From IMG/VR virus record IMGVR_UViG_3300017992_000735: a stretch of 20,000 nucleotides of DNA. One strand, given 5' to 3'. The stretch comes from an uncultured virus (IMG/VR IMGVR_UViG_3300017992_000735) (Duplodnaviria > Heunggongvirae > Uroviricota > Caudoviricetes). The notes beneath the pieces were generated by a model that was given only the letters and a program-made list of their open reading frames with translations, was not told where the DNA came from and did no database searches. Within the stretch, counting starts at the first letter, position 1. Each line of letters begins with the position of its first letter. The translations under genes were made by a program, and so were the position numbers. Positions 1-8,410 of this stretch are shown here, piece after piece.

Positions 1-512
1 CTCGATGCAGAAGTTGTGCAGCTAAAAGAAGGAATGAAGAAAGATACAAAGATCCAGAGTTCAGAGAGAAACTGAGCGGGATACATAAGAAAGTGTTCGA
101 GGAGCAGCCCGAGAAAGTACAAAAGTTACGGGCGGGTCATAGAAAATTTATCCAGGACCCAGAAAGAAAAGAAAAATTTTACGAGTCCAGAGAAGTCGTA
201 TCAGGAGAAGAGCACCACTGGTACAGAGATGGTTCCTGTCTAGACAGCGAGTATGGTGGGGAATTCGATGAGAGATTGAAATTTCAGATCCGTCAGAGAG
301 ATCAAACCTGCCAGATGTGCGGAAAGACTGAGGAAGAGAACGGAGAAGCATTATCCGTTCACCACATAGATGGAGACAAAGAAAATAATGACCCCCAAAA
401 CTTGATAGCATTGTGTAGAAACTGTCACTCCAAGACGACATGCCTCCCGGATCAATGGGAACTAGCATTATCTCTATACATGGAAGATAAAGTAGAAGGG
501 GAGATTCATTAA
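1..512 (+). CDS. HNH endonuclease (5' partial), probable free-standing homing endonuclease
   Basis: Frame is open from position 3 (RCRSCAAKRRNEERYKDPEFREKLS...), so the true start lies left of the window. C-terminal RDQTCQMCG..LSVHHIDGDKENNDPQNLIALCRNCHSK is a classic zinc-binding HNH motif, preceded by NUMOD-like basic helical repeats. Confidence 0.88.
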   Translation, partial: RCRSCAAKRRNEERYKDPEFREKLSGIHKKVFEEQPEKVQKLRAGHRKFIQDPERKEKFYESREVVSGEEHHWYRDGSCLDSEYGGEFDERLKFQIRQRDQTCQMCGKTEEENGEALSVHHIDGDKENNDPQNLIALCRNCHSKTTCLPDQWELALSLYMEDKVEGEIH

Positions 513-526
513 CTGAATCTCCCCTT
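496..526. terminator. Inverted repeat between convergent HNH and capsid genes, probable terminator
   Basis: Perfect 13-bp stem AAGGGGAGATTCA-ttaac-TGAATCTCCCCTT overlapping the HNH stop and lying just downstream of the spliced capsid stop at 568-570. The U-tract is weak. Confidence 0.6.
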
Positions 527-567
527 GATATTGCGACACGTCCTAAAGACGATTAGAATCTTAACCT

Positions 568-661
568 CTAGGTGAATGAAGTGCCCCCGACGATGCTGCA
601 GCCGGTGCCAAGGTGACCTGCAAAGCTTGCCGTGTAGGCGGCTTGCGCACACATATGCTTT
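568..661 (-). CDS. Major capsid protein, exon 2
   Basis: After removing intron 662-903 the frame continues ...ALV-I-KHMCAQAAYTASFAGHLGTGCSIVGGTSFT-TAG. The spliced product is 451 aa. Confidence 0.85.
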
Positions 662-903
662 CTAAATATCTTTGTTATCATAAAGGTGTTTAACCCTCTA
701 TTTCTTACTGTTACCAGTAAGCTCGGACTATGTCTTCGCTCATTTCTGAACGCCCCGCGCTCGTGGGAGAATTATTGCCATACCTCTCGGTTCAGGCGCA
801 CTCCTAGTCTCTACACCCACCAAAAAGTTTCCCTTCTGGCTTGGCTCGGCGTTGTCCCAGTGGGAGTTTCGCCGAATTCACGGAGTTAAGTGACAAAGCG
901 TTT
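662..903 (-). ncRNA. Group I self-splicing intron (242 nt, no ORF) in major capsid gene
   Basis: Core elements: P GAATTCGGCGAAACTCC, Q GACAACGCCGAGCCAAGC, R GGTGTAGAGACTAG, S AAGACATAGTCCGA (P7 GACTA/TAGTC). P1 AGTGAU|AAA-cgc-UUUGUCACU has a U.G pair at the 5' splice site. P10 GCUUU pairs with 3' exon AAAGC. GNRA-capped P8 and P9 hairpins; terminal G at 662. Confidence 0.92.
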
Positions 904-2165
904 ATCACTAGTGCAGTCACCGCGTAGATTTCAAAGGCAAAAGCTGTACAGCCTCTTGGCAGATCTACATAACTTAATGGTGTTTGTGTACTCTTATACA
1001 CAATAGGTTCTCCATTATGATAAACTCTTAATGGATACACCGTCGAGCTAAATATATCTGCCCCCGTCGTCGTGGCAGTGAACCGGAAGTCCGGAACCAG
1101 GATCAACTCTCCTACGAACGTCTGGATTCTCGGAGCTAGCGTGAAGCCAGCCACGATGCCTCCGCGGTCCTGGTTGATCTGGATCATTTGGACGGGCTGT
1201 GTCCCTCCGGTGGCGCCCAAGCTCAGGTAGCCGATAGCGATGGCTCGGAGAGCTTTGGGGTGACCGAAGATGTGGGTGGGTCTTGCACACCCAGCAGCGA
1301 GGAAGTTGTCGAACTCTTCCTCGTCATAGGTCCCGGTCGGGTTGCTGTTGGTCCGCGCACCGTTTGCAGATGTGACTTGGGTCTCGATCCCGTCGAAAGC
1401 GTTCGCAACTGTAGCGATTGCTCCCTTGACCAGGGCGAGGTCCCACTTGTTCAGCACAGTCACTTCCTGGAGTTTCATCATCTTCTCTTTGACTCCGATC
1501 ACTGTTTCGATTCCAGAGTCTAGAGAAAGTCGGCTGATCCCCAATCCCTGCGCGCGTGCGACTGCTATCGAGTGACGTAAGTCCTCGTAGGTGATAGACT
1601 CATAACTGCCGATGTACTTGCGGGCAATTGTAGTCGTCTCACCCTCATGCGTGGTCTCGTCCGGACAAGCTCCTTTAGTGAAGAAGCCATGGGACGCCTC
1701 CCCCGTGGTGTCGAAGCTCAGGCTGGTCATCTCTCGCCAGCTATCTGAGTTGTAATCGGTCACCACTTCAGGCAACGTCTTCCAGACTGTGATCTCCTCA
1801 CACATGTCCAAAACCTCAGTCGGATCTAGAGGCTGAGGATACTGGTTAGAGAAGTCTGCGGGCTGCGTATAGGGCTGAGGCAGGATATTTGGGTCGGTTT
1901 GGGTCTTCTCAACCATTCCCTTGATGACTTCCACAGCGGGATCGCCTTCCGGCTCCGGCTGGTTCAGGTTCTCATAAACAGACTGAGCAACCTGCTGCAT
2001 CTCGGTCATGGTCAAGTCCTCGCCGCCCTTAGCCTCTCGCACCTGTAACACGGCCCTAGCAACAATGTCCTCGATGTTCGGACCTTCGGCAGGTTCACGA
2101 CGACCTGCGATGTCGGCGGCACTCTTGGTCACGATATCGGTAATCGTAGGAACCAAGAGTTCCAC
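904..2165 (-). CDS. Major capsid protein, exon 1 (probable HK97-fold with N-terminal scaffold-like extension)
   Basis: Directly downstream of the protease-scaffold gene; strong RBS AAGGAGGT before GTG. Capsid-like segments include (WDLALVKG..NAFDGIETQV, PTHIFGHP, TFVGELILVPDFRF). Confidence 0.8.
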
Positions 2166-2202
2166 GTTGCACCTCCTTATTTAGTTTTTAAAGTGTTTCC
2201 AC

Positions 2203-4344
2203 CTAGTATATTACACCAGGTGGTGTGGTCATCCGTGCGATCTCTTTGGCAGAGTAGCTTTCCTTCGGTTCTGGAGCAGGACCACTCGAGCGGTACATAG
2301 ATTTCCTGATTGGCGCCGCCTCAGCTACCGGTTTGCTGATTTGGTTTCTCAGATCCTCCAGTTCCGCCTTCAAGGTTGCATTCTCTTGCACTAGCGGCCT
2401 TGTGCCCTCATTTACTGCAGCTACAATAACCTCCCGGATGTCGCCCATTGAAGGTGGGGTCTCTTGGATGACTGATTGCTGCATCCAATTCCCCAAATCT
2501 CCGAGCGCTTCCTGACAGGCTTGTAACTTGCCCCTCCGGTCTAGCTCCTCGCTCCCGAGCACACTTTTGACCTTTATATTGAAAACATCTAGAGGTGTGG
2601 TGGCAGGTGGCTCTACTCCTTCAGCCTTAACACGTTCCTCAGGCTCGGCTTCCGAACCGCCGACTTCTGCCATAGATGTAATCTCCGATTTAATTGCTTC
2701 TGCGATCTGATTTAACGCGTCTTGTGCCACTGACAAATCACCTTCAGTAACTGCGTTGTAGACGCCTTCTGCGAACCTTGTCATGTTATCATCAAAATCT
2801 GCTGCCATAACTTCTCCTCCAGTGGCTGGAGTTTCTTCTAAAATCGAAATAGCTGGGTTCTCAGGAAGTGGTTGCATTTCCGTGCTTGTACCGACAACTG
2901 CTTCTGGGGTGTACTGAGCGTCTTTGTACCAAGTTTCCATATCCTCGTTCAGTGAAGTAACCATCCCGCCCAGCTCACTCAGACGCCGTTGCATATCCTC
3001 GAAAGCCTTTAGACGAGCGTCTGAAACCTTGCGGCCTGCTTTCTCAACTGCCTCAGATTGTTCCTCAGCCTCCTCAACCACAGCTTCATCCAAACTAGGC
3101 GCCCCGTCCTCAGCTTCGGACTTTTTGCCTCGGAATTTCCCAGCCTTAATGGCTTGGACCACTCCCTCTTGTTTGTGTGCAGCTGCTCGGGCGGCCTTTT
3201 TATCTTTATATTTTTTGCCCTTACCATAAGGAAACCTACCTAGGACTTTGTCCCCCTTACTTGAATAAAGGACAACCTCCCCATCCTCTTCCTTTATCAT
3301 CAGCTCGATGAGTTCAGCTTTTTCAACTCCACTCATCTTAGCACCGCACTCAGGGCAGGTGACACTCGTACAAGGAGTTCCTGCTTCGTGAGGAGCTGTG
3401 GCTCCGCACTCTGGGCAAACGCATTCAGCAGGTCCACCGTCGCCTTGCTTTGGACCACCTACTCCTTGTCCCTCTCCCCGGGCCTTTTCCACTTCGGACT
3501 TCTGTTTCTTTCGTTTCTTAAGCTCTTCCTCATTCTCTTTCTTAGCTTCTTGATCTAGTCCGGGAACCTCGGCTTCCTCCGGAGTCTCTGTCCACATTTC
3601 CTCGGCCATTGTCTCCTTGCCAGGTTCCTCCTTTTCGTACTCAAAGTCTTTATCCACCTTCTTGCGCTTTGCCTTCTCAACATCCTCACCCTTAAAGACT
3701 AGCCCCTCCTCTCCTGCCTCAGACTTGCCGACTTGACTGGAATATTGCTCTAACTTCTCAGCCCACTCATCGCCAACGATCGAAGCAGCGTCTTCTTTCT
3801 TTGTAACCATACTTTTCTCCTTCCAGGCCTCGATCTCTGTCCGCGGTAGAACAGGAACTCGAGTTAATGCAAAATGTTTGATAATCCCATCTCTATAAAC
3901 ACGCCGAGAGCCTTTCTCGGTAGCCTCTGACTTTTCCTCTTCCTTGGTTCTATCATAGAAGCCCATCGAAATACGGACTCTCTCATCATGCGGAACATCG
4001 TTTTTAATATCCTCCTGAACTGCGGTAAAGGCCGCCTTACCCAGTTCAGTCGGCCAGAAAGTACCTTTTGCTTTGAACTTCTCGCCATCCGGGTAAATCA
4101 CAGTGGAAGGCCCAGCTATCCAATCTTCGTCAGGAATTCCCTTACCGGCGAAGTCATAATGCGAAACACAAGCATACGGCATCATATCCATTTCTTCGGC
4201 ATGAGCAACAGCATTGTCGAAAAAAGCTCGGTCCACTCGCTCTTTGTGGTTGTCTTCTCCTGTATCTGAAACAGTAGCAGCCCAGTGCATGGTGCCGTCG
4301 TCGTGCAAAGAAGCTTTGGTAAAGTAGAGACTAATATCTGGCAT
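2203..4344 (-). CDS. Prohead maturation protease fused to long acidic scaffold region
   Basis: N-terminal ~175 aa resemble a prohead protease (DTGEDNHKERV, VSHYD, RISMGF, KHFALTRVPVLPRTEI). The rest is an E/K/A-rich region with a CxCPECG..CPECG module and a coiled-coil C-terminus. Canonical position upstream of the capsid gene. Confidence 0.75.
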   Translation of the reverse strand: MPDISLYFTKASLHDDGTMHWAATVSDTGEDNHKERVDRAFFDNAVAHAEEMDMMPYACVSHYDFAGKGIPDEDWIAGPSTVIYPDGEKFKAKGTFWPTELGKAAFTAVQEDIKNDVPHDERVRISMGFYDRTKEEEKSEATEKGSRRVYRDGIIKHFALTRVPVLPRTEIEAWKEKSMVTKKEDAASIVGDEWAEKLEQYSSQVGKSEAGEEGLVFKGEDVEKAKRKKVDKDFEYEKEEPGKETMAEEMWTETPEEAEVPGLDQEAKKENEEELKKRKKQKSEVEKARGEGQGVGGPKQGDGGPAECVCPECGATAPHEAGTPCTSVTCPECGAKMSGVEKAELIELMIKEEDGEVVLYSSKGDKVLGRFPYGKGKKYKDKKAARAAAHKQEGVVQAIKAGKFRGKKSEAEDGAPSLDEAVVEEAEEQSEAVEKAGRKVSDARLKAFEDMQRRLSELGGMVTSLNEDMETWYKDAQYTPEAVVGTSTEMQPLPENPAISILEETPATGGEVMAADFDDNMTRFAEGVYNAVTEGDLSVAQDALNQIAEAIKSEITSMAEVGGSEAEPEERVKAEGVEPPATTPLDVFNIKVKSVLGSEELDRRGKLQACQEALGDLGNWMQQSVIQETPPSMGDIREVIVAAVNEGTRPLVQENATLKAELEDLRNQISKPVAEAAPIRKSMYRSSGPAPEPKESYSAKEIARMTTPPGVIY

Positions 4345-4388
4345 AATTATATTCCTTATTGAGACAATATATTAAAATGTCATTAACA

Positions 4389-4437
4389 CAAAACAAAACC
4401 CAACTTTCCAGGTCTTCTGACCTTTCCAGTTGGGCTC
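4389..4437 (-). terminator. Leader hairpin with U-rich tail upstream of protease-capsid genes
   Basis: AGCCCAACT-GGAA-AGGTC-AGAA-GACCT-GGAA-AGTTGGGTT followed by TTGTTTTG on the minus strand. Confidence 0.5.
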
Positions 4438-4465
4438 CAGTTGGCTTACTGCCTTGGCCTCAAGA

Positions 4466-4513
4466 ATTATATCATTTTCCTCTTTATTGTAACATAGAAG
4501 AGGGAGAAATCAA
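4466..4513 (-). promoter_or_regulatory. Putative sigma70-type promoter(s) for head genes
   Basis: TTGATT-N16-TACAAT with extended TG (4486-4513), and a second extended -10 TGATATAAT (4466-4474), in the intergenic region. Confidence 0.5.
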
Positions 4514-4515
4514 AA

Positions 4516-4767
4516 TCACACCTTATACCCCCACCTGCCAGGATTCTGCAAAAACTCCTCAGCGTTCTCCAGAGAGCCCCCCTCCAACCACAACATATTA
4601 TCCCCTAGCCCCTCCTCAGACTCCAAAACCTCAGAAGTAACCTCGCGGGATGTATTGATAATCTCAGTTACATCCTCCTCAAAAGGACCAGTTACCACAA
4701 CCTGATCTGGGGCGATATCCACAGTTGCAGCATATTCACCATCTAGTCTATATACCTTCACTTCCAC
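4516..4767 (-). CDS. Small acidic protein, putative partner or inhibitor of the upstream metallopeptidase
   Basis: 83 aa; overlaps the upstream stop. Shares the pattern VKVY..G..A/G....EFL...GY.V with ORFs at 13683, 15411 and 16246. Confidence 0.7.
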   Translation of the reverse strand: MEVKVYRLDGEYAATVDIAPDQVVVTGPFEEDVTEIINTSREVTSEVLESEEGLGDNMLWLEGGSLENAEEFLQNPGRWGYKV

Positions 4768-5537
4768 TCCTCCGGCATTCTATCACCAAGGACAGCTCCC
4801 ACCATCTCATGTGATTCCGGAAAATAATGCTTATAGAAACCCACTTCCCTTTTATTCGAGTACCTTTTCACACATTCTATACTCTCTGCAAAGAATTCCC
4901 GCTCTGTTTTCTTTGCATAGTTCGTAGGAAACCGATCAAAAAGCCAGGCTCGGTCGTACGGATTATCTTTTGCCCGAATCACCTTGGATGACTTAGCCAC
5001 TCCCTTCGTTTCACTCAGTGTGTAATCCAGCGCATGTCCCCACTCATGCCAAACTGTGCCATAACTGGCAAACCCCTGAGGTGTGTCTAGGTTAGCAGAT
5101 GTTTGCGGCCCAAAAACAATTTCATCTGTGTACACCCTGTAAAATCCAGCGCAACCCCTAGCCGAACCTCCATATACGCGATCGAATTCTTCTTGGGTTT
5201 TTGTTGTGATAAAAGTAACCTCAGTATCGGGTTGAGGCATCCCTTGCAGACTGTATGCTATCTCAGTAGCTTGGTTCTTTGTAACACGCGAACCCACACG
5301 GTGCCCACCAGTAGCCTCCTCAAACTTACTCCTATAGTTGTCATCAGTCCAATCAACAGTACTAACCTTTCCCACAACAGCGGGCGCCTTACTGGGAGCA
5401 CTTCCCCCTCTCCTGCCCTTGCGCCCTTTGTGACCCCAATGACCACTTCCAGGCCCGCCTTTCTCAACCTCTGACTTGCCTACGTAGAATTCAATCTCTT
5501 TTCCTAACCCTGCGATCTCCGACGGAGTCGCTGCCAA
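4758..5537 (-). CDS. GGPGSG-tagged zincin metallopeptidase domain (probably the C-terminal half of a MuF fusion, 4758-6149)
   Basis: Tag at 5388-5459. HEWGH plus downstream YA....EFFAES (gluzincin, lethal-factor-like signature). In frame with MuF across one TGA. Confidence 0.8.
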   Translation of the reverse strand: MAATPSEIAGLGKEIEFYVGKSEVEKGGPGSGHWGHKGRKGRRGGSAPSKAPAVVGKVSTVDWTDDNYRSKFEEATGGHRVGSRVTKNQATEIAYSLQGMPQPDTEVTFITTKTQEEFDRVYGGSARGCAGFYRVYTDEIVFGPQTSANLDTPQGFASYGTVWHEWGHALDYTLSETKGVAKSSKVIRAKDNPYDRAWLFDRFPTNYAKKTEREFFAESIECVKRYSNKREVGFYKHYFPESHEMVGAVLGDRMPEEWK

Positions 5538-5546
5538 GTGGCACCT

Positions 5547-6149
5547 TCAGACGTTCGGGTGAGCTGGCGGCCCACCACACTTTTCTCCAAAAACGTTATC
5601 AAAGGTCTTCGAGTTAACCGGCTGGGGACCCATCGCCTCATTAGCCTTACAGACCTCACATGCGTCCGCTCCAATGGTCACCCATCGCTTTGTTTCAAGG
5701 CCGACTTCGTCCATCTGCTTTTCCCAAGCAGAAGACTGGGCACGAGCAATTTCAAACCGAGTGATCGAGCGGATCCTTTGCTCACTAAACTCGCTCTGCT
5801 CGAATAAATTTTTAAAAATTCCGTCTATCAGGTCTTGTTCGGGGATCCCTTCTTGGAGACCGTTGTAGATCATAGTGCGGAGGTAGTGTTTGGTTCCTCT
5901 GTTGACGTTTCGAACCATCTCTGCTGCTCTGTCTTGAATAAATTCCAGAGCAACAGGATCTACCAGGTCAAAAGCCAACTCAATTGCTACCCCAGCCAGC
6001 TCTCCGATGTACTCTGCTGCCCCTTCTAGCCCGTCTAAGTAAGCCAGAGTTAACGCTGCAATGAGTTCGTCAGAAACGTCTATTGACCAAAACTCTTCTG
6101 AGTCGTCTAGGATCTCATCTATTCGGTCCCACAGTTCTTCGTCAGCCAC
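5547..6149 (-). CDS. MuF / SPP1 gp7-like head morphogenesis protein
   Basis: RIRSITRFEIARA, KRWVTIGADACEVC and PPAHPN motifs; RBS AGGAG. The ORF ends at a TGA inside the HP..CRC motif (HPNV*RCHL). Confidence 0.85.
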   Translation of the reverse strand: MADEELWDRIDEILDDSEEFWSIDVSDELIAALTLAYLDGLEGAAEYIGELAGVAIELAFDLVDPVALEFIQDRAAEMVRNVNRGTKHYLRTMIYNGLQEGIPEQDLIDGIFKNLFEQSEFSEQRIRSITRFEIARAQSSAWEKQMDEVGLETKRWVTIGADACEVCKANEAMGPQPVNSKTFDNVFGEKCGGPPAHPNV

Positions 6150-6161
6150 TCAAAAAGTCTC

Positions 6162-7010
6162 CTACTCTCGCGGCACCGTTGTACTTGTATCAGATACATA
6201 TACCTTGCCCCTGTTCAATATAATCGTCTCAGGCAACCCTTGCCCATCTAAACCTTGAATAGCATCATAACCCAACAACGCCGGGAGCCGAGCCATATCG
6301 TGTCGCGCAAACTCCGCTACATCATTTGAAATCCGAGAATATTCTGTTATATCCCTTACCAAATCCTTGTTTGTTGGGTCCTTAGCAAGACGAACAGATA
6401 ACTTATTAAGTTCGGTATCTCTCAACTTGCTAAACTGGTCGTGTAATCTATGAACTTCTGCCTCTGTAACAACTTTAGCCCCTTTACTAAGAGCCATCCT
6501 AGTGACAACTCCGCCCTCGCTTTTCGCAAAATGTTTAGCATGGCTTTCGGCATCCCTACCATGTGCAGCATGAACCCCGCTGGCATAAAATCCACTCCCA
6601 GTATGCAATCTACCTGACCTAAACTGTTCGGCGTACTCTGCCGCTCGGGCTCCTCCCTCCGCCCTAAACATCTCCAGTCCACCAGAACCGATAACGCTGT
6701 CTAGCTCCTTCTCCGTTACCACACTCGGCAGTGAATTATAACCAATCTCGGCGAACAGTCTTCCTGTGATCTCCTCCTTTGTGCCTTCCTCTCCTAAACG
6801 ACCTATCATTCCACCAATATCCGTAAAACCGGTAGGAGAAACCAGATCCGCCAACGGCGTAAGTCTTCCAGCTCTAGAGGGAGCCGACCCACCTCTTTTG
6901 CCCTTTCGTCCTCGATGTCCCCAATGACCTGAGCCAGGGCCTCCCATCGCCCGAAAATCACCAAGAGAAGATTCTATTAGATTGACAATACCTGCAGACA
7001 AGTCAGCCAT
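6162..7010 (-). CDS. GGPGSG-tagged ADP-ribosyltransferase-like protein
   Basis: Start most likely ATG at 7010 (TAATG overlap with the upstream stop). Tag at 6873-6944. EMFRA..GSGFYASG..GYDAI..ETIILNR pattern; paralog of 10822-11949. Confidence 0.6.
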   Translation of the reverse strand: MADLSAGIVNLIESSLGDFRAMGGPGSGHWGHRGRKGKRGGSAPSRAGRLTPLADLVSPTGFTDIGGMIGRLGEEGTKEEITGRLFAEIGYNSLPSVVTEKELDSVIGSGGLEMFRAEGGARAAEYAEQFRSGRLHTGSGFYASGVHAAHGRDAESHAKHFAKSEGGVVTRMALSKGAKVVTEAEVHRLHDQFSKLRDTELNKLSVRLAKDPTNKDLVRDITEYSRISNDVAEFARHDMARLPALLGYDAIQGLDGQGLPETIILNRGKVYVSDTSTTVPRE

Positions 7011-8407
7011 TACCATTTCCAATCAGGATAACTACTCCCCAAATTACTTACCTGATCCCTTGCCACAATTAGTTCTTTATTGAAAATCGCCCTATCCTCA
7101 CAAATCAGAACAGGGGAAACCCAGAATAATTCTCCCCCGACTTCATAATCAACTATAGCGCACCCATTCTGCCACTGTGGACCTGAACTAAACCCAGGTA
7201 CCCGGCCATCTATCCAGCAGGCACACCCAGGTGAGAACCCAACAACCTGCTTTATCTCCTTAGCGCGGTGTATCGTTCTGCTTCCCCACTCCACCTTGTG
7301 AGTGTGGCCGAAAATCTCATTCGTGTCTCCACTCTCAATAACTGCTTTGGCAGTATTTCCGGGAATTCTCGCTATCTCGCCGTGGGTCAAGCGTAAAAAC
7401 TCATTTAACCATACCTCCCCACTCGGGTAATCTCCAACCCATTCTATCTCTAAACTGTCCAACCCTAGTAGACGGGGCACACTCATAGCTGGTGGCATCT
7501 CCATCTCATCGGCGGGCCGGAGGTCATAAGCGGCTCTCAAGTGAGTGACAATGGCATCTTGCAACCTTTTACCGTGGTTCCCTTCGTAAACAGTCATCTC
7601 CTCACAACATTGCCGAAATTGAGACAACCACCAGTGAGCTTCCAGTACAGAAGGCTGAGTCGTTTCGCAGAACTCTGGAGATTTTGTATATTTTGTAGAC
7701 CACTCAGCCAAATCTAACATATCCCCCAAAACATCCACACGGTCCACTTCAGCTATTTGAGCTACTTGGAGGATAACATCTAGAACTGCACGGTTATGGA
7801 GAGGAGTAAGCTCACCTGTTGTAATATCACGAATAAATCCAAAATGGGGATCTGAAAATATAAGCGTTCTGCGCAGTTCCCCTTTTCGTGCCTTATATGC
7901 CTGTGGAAGTTTGAAAATCTTGCACTCAACCGGCTGGAGGACTGGGAAGATCGGTTCCGGCTCAATACGTGATAACCAAACTTTGACTTGGAACAGGGGA
8001 GCAATAACAAGTCCGTCCTCGTATACAGAACCAGTTAGACGCCCCTCATCCCAAGTAAGATCCTTTTTGGCTGCCTTAGCACCAACGGGCCACTTGTTTA
8101 CAAGGTACCGGTCAACCTTCCAGACATTTAAATCTACCTGGCAAACTTCAAGCATCTCATCGAGAGTTTTGATTCCAGCAAACTGTGCCTCAACAACCAT
8201 AGTGTTAACCCGTTCATCTCTTTTGACAGTTTGCCGATCTTTCCTGCCTCTTTTTTCTCTCTCTCGAATATACTTCTGCCGAGCAGAGCTCTCAGAGACA
8301 CCAAACATCTCCCCCACTTCTCTCCAGGACTGCCCAGATGCTTCGATGTTGTCTCCCATAGAGATTAGTAGATTTGTCTCGTCTTGGGTCCAGCGCTTAT
8401 TGGCCAA
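7010..8407 (-). CDS. Calcineurin-like metallophosphoesterase with N-terminal HTH/Myb-like domain
   Basis: All five motifs are present: FSDPH, GDMLD, GNH, THG, GHTH. N-terminal RWTQDE..SWREVGEMFGVSESSARQKY. Confidence 0.85.
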   Translation of the reverse strand: MANKRWTQDETNLLISMGDNIEASGQSWREVGEMFGVSESSARQKYIREREKRGRKDRQTVKRDERVNTMVVEAQFAGIKTLDEMLEVCQVDLNVWKVDRYLVNKWPVGAKAAKKDLTWDEGRLTGSVYEDGLVIAPLFQVKVWLSRIEPEPIFPVLQPVECKIFKLPQAYKARKGELRRTLIFSDPHFGFIRDITTGELTPLHNRAVLDVILQVAQIAEVDRVDVLGDMLDLAEWSTKYTKSPEFCETTQPSVLEAHWWLSQFRQCCEEMTVYEGNHGKRLQDAIVTHLRAAYDLRPADEMEMPPAMSVPRLLGLDSLEIEWVGDYPSGEVWLNEFLRLTHGEIARIPGNTAKAVIESGDTNEIFGHTHKVEWGSRTIHRAKEIKQVVGFSPGCACWIDGRVPGFSSGPQWQNGCAIVDYEVGGELFWVSPVLICEDRAIFNKELIVARDQVSNLGSSYPDWKW

Positions 8408-8410
8408 AAA

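Noticed and set aside
804..903. C-terminal tail NALSLNSV...GGCRD of the 453-aa ORF-track protein
   Set aside because: It is translated group I intron sequence; the real C-terminus is in exon 2 (568-661).
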